From assembly GCA_044226625.1 (NCBI GenBank), contig JBGAGQ010000030.1, forward strand, positions 1 through 64,000: DNA of 64,000 nt. The letters are read 5' to 3'. How positions within the stretch are numbered: the first letter of the stretch is position 1; each line of letters starts with the position of its first letter. A program made the translations under genes and the position numbers. The notes under the pieces were generated by a model. It had not been told where the DNA came from. It saw nothing but the letters and a program-made list of their open reading frames with translations, and searched no databases. Positions 63,584 through 64,000 of the stretch are shown here, piece after piece. Origin of the DNA: Thermoanaerobaculia bacterium. GTDB taxonomy: Bacteria; Acidobacteriota; Thermoanaerobaculia; Multivoradales; UBA5704.

Positions 63584-64000
63584 GCCCGCGCGCCCCGCGC
63601 ACGCTGGACGCCGAGACCCGCCTGGAGAAGGCGCCTGCGGCGGACCATCCGGAGCTGCGCCTCTGGCTTCGGCTGTTCACCTGTTCGACGCTGGTCGAGA
63701 CGACGATCCGTCGCCGGCTGCGCGCCGAGTTCGGCGAGACGCTCCCCCGCTTCGACCTGCTCGCGCAGCTCGCCAAGGTGCCCGGCGGGCTCGCCCTTTC
63801 GGAGCTTTCGAAGCGCATGATGGTAAGCAACGGCAATCTCACCGCGCTGGTCGAGCGGCTGGCCGAGGCGGATTGGATCGAGCGCCGGACCTCCCCCACC
63901 GATCGCCGGGTGCAGGTGGTCCGCCTGACCGCCGCGGGCCGCACGGCGTTTCGCAAAATGGCCGCCGCGCATGAGCGTTGGATCGTCGAGATGACGGGCG
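63580..64000 (+). CDS. MarR family transcriptional regulator, 3'-truncated by the window edge
   Basis: Not in the ORF track (no stop inside the window); ATGA overlap; LRLWLRL...RRRLRAEFGETLPRFDLLAQL...ELSKRMMVSNGNLT.LVERL...DRR...LT..GR. Confidence 0.9.
   Translation, partial: MSPRAPRTLDAETRLEKAPAADHPELRLWLRLFTCSTLVETTIRRRLRAEFGETLPRFDLLAQLAKVPGGLALSELSKRMMVSNGNLTALVERLAEADWIERRTSPTDRRVQVVRLTAAGRTAFRKMAAAHERWIVEMTG

Noticed and set aside
1-64000. tRNA, rRNA, prophage or autonomous IS
   Set aside because: No cloverleaf/T-loop signatures, rRNA-like stretches, phage structural genes, integrase or transposase ORFs recognised by eye; a tRNAscan/Infernal run would be needed to exclude small RNAs.

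Overview
High-GC bacterial chromosomal window. The protein families present suggest Acidobacteriota, class Thermoanaerobaculia (inference only). About 63 CDS; I see no rRNA, tRNA, CRISPR array or transposase. Main blocks: (i) an Mrp/ApbC ATPase, a Zn-ribbon/PCP_red protein and a radical SAM-SPASM/PCP_red enzyme in one operon, followed by a 74-aa Cys-rich RiPP-precursor-like gene (LxLxRx5L leader, GG motif) and a terminator; (ii) a convergent respiratory operon with only the membrane subunits of alternative complex III (actC-actD-actF; no actA/B/E), an amicyanin-like cupredoxin-domain protein and an A-type heme-copper oxidase in the order I-III-IV-x-x-II, with no c-type heme motif; (iii) RNase E; (iv) an OmpR-type two-component system with a visible 4 x 11-bp binding array; (v) a glycosylation cluster (GT-C-like, three GT4, WcaJ-like); (vi) a histone H1-like KKAAAP-repeat protein; (vii) gnd-zwf-pgl divergent from a cNMP-TrxR-like gene and a UBP Zn-finger gene; (viii) a GAF histidine kinase with a REC-PP2C phosphatase, a nucleotidyltransferase pair and an OPT transporter; (ix) a cobalamin riboswitch with btuBFDC; (x) Uup, topoisomerase IB, DsbA, SDR and a partial MarR. 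Non-coding structure includes two MITE-like hairpin elements, REP/REPIN-like repeats, a long inverted repeat and a 21-bp-period degenerate array. The most promising candidates for an undescribed system are the rSAM/Mrp/PCP_red plus Cys-rich peptide locus and the cytochrome-c-free actCDF-cupredoxin-oxidase operon. All family assignments come from motif recognition by eye; no database search was run.
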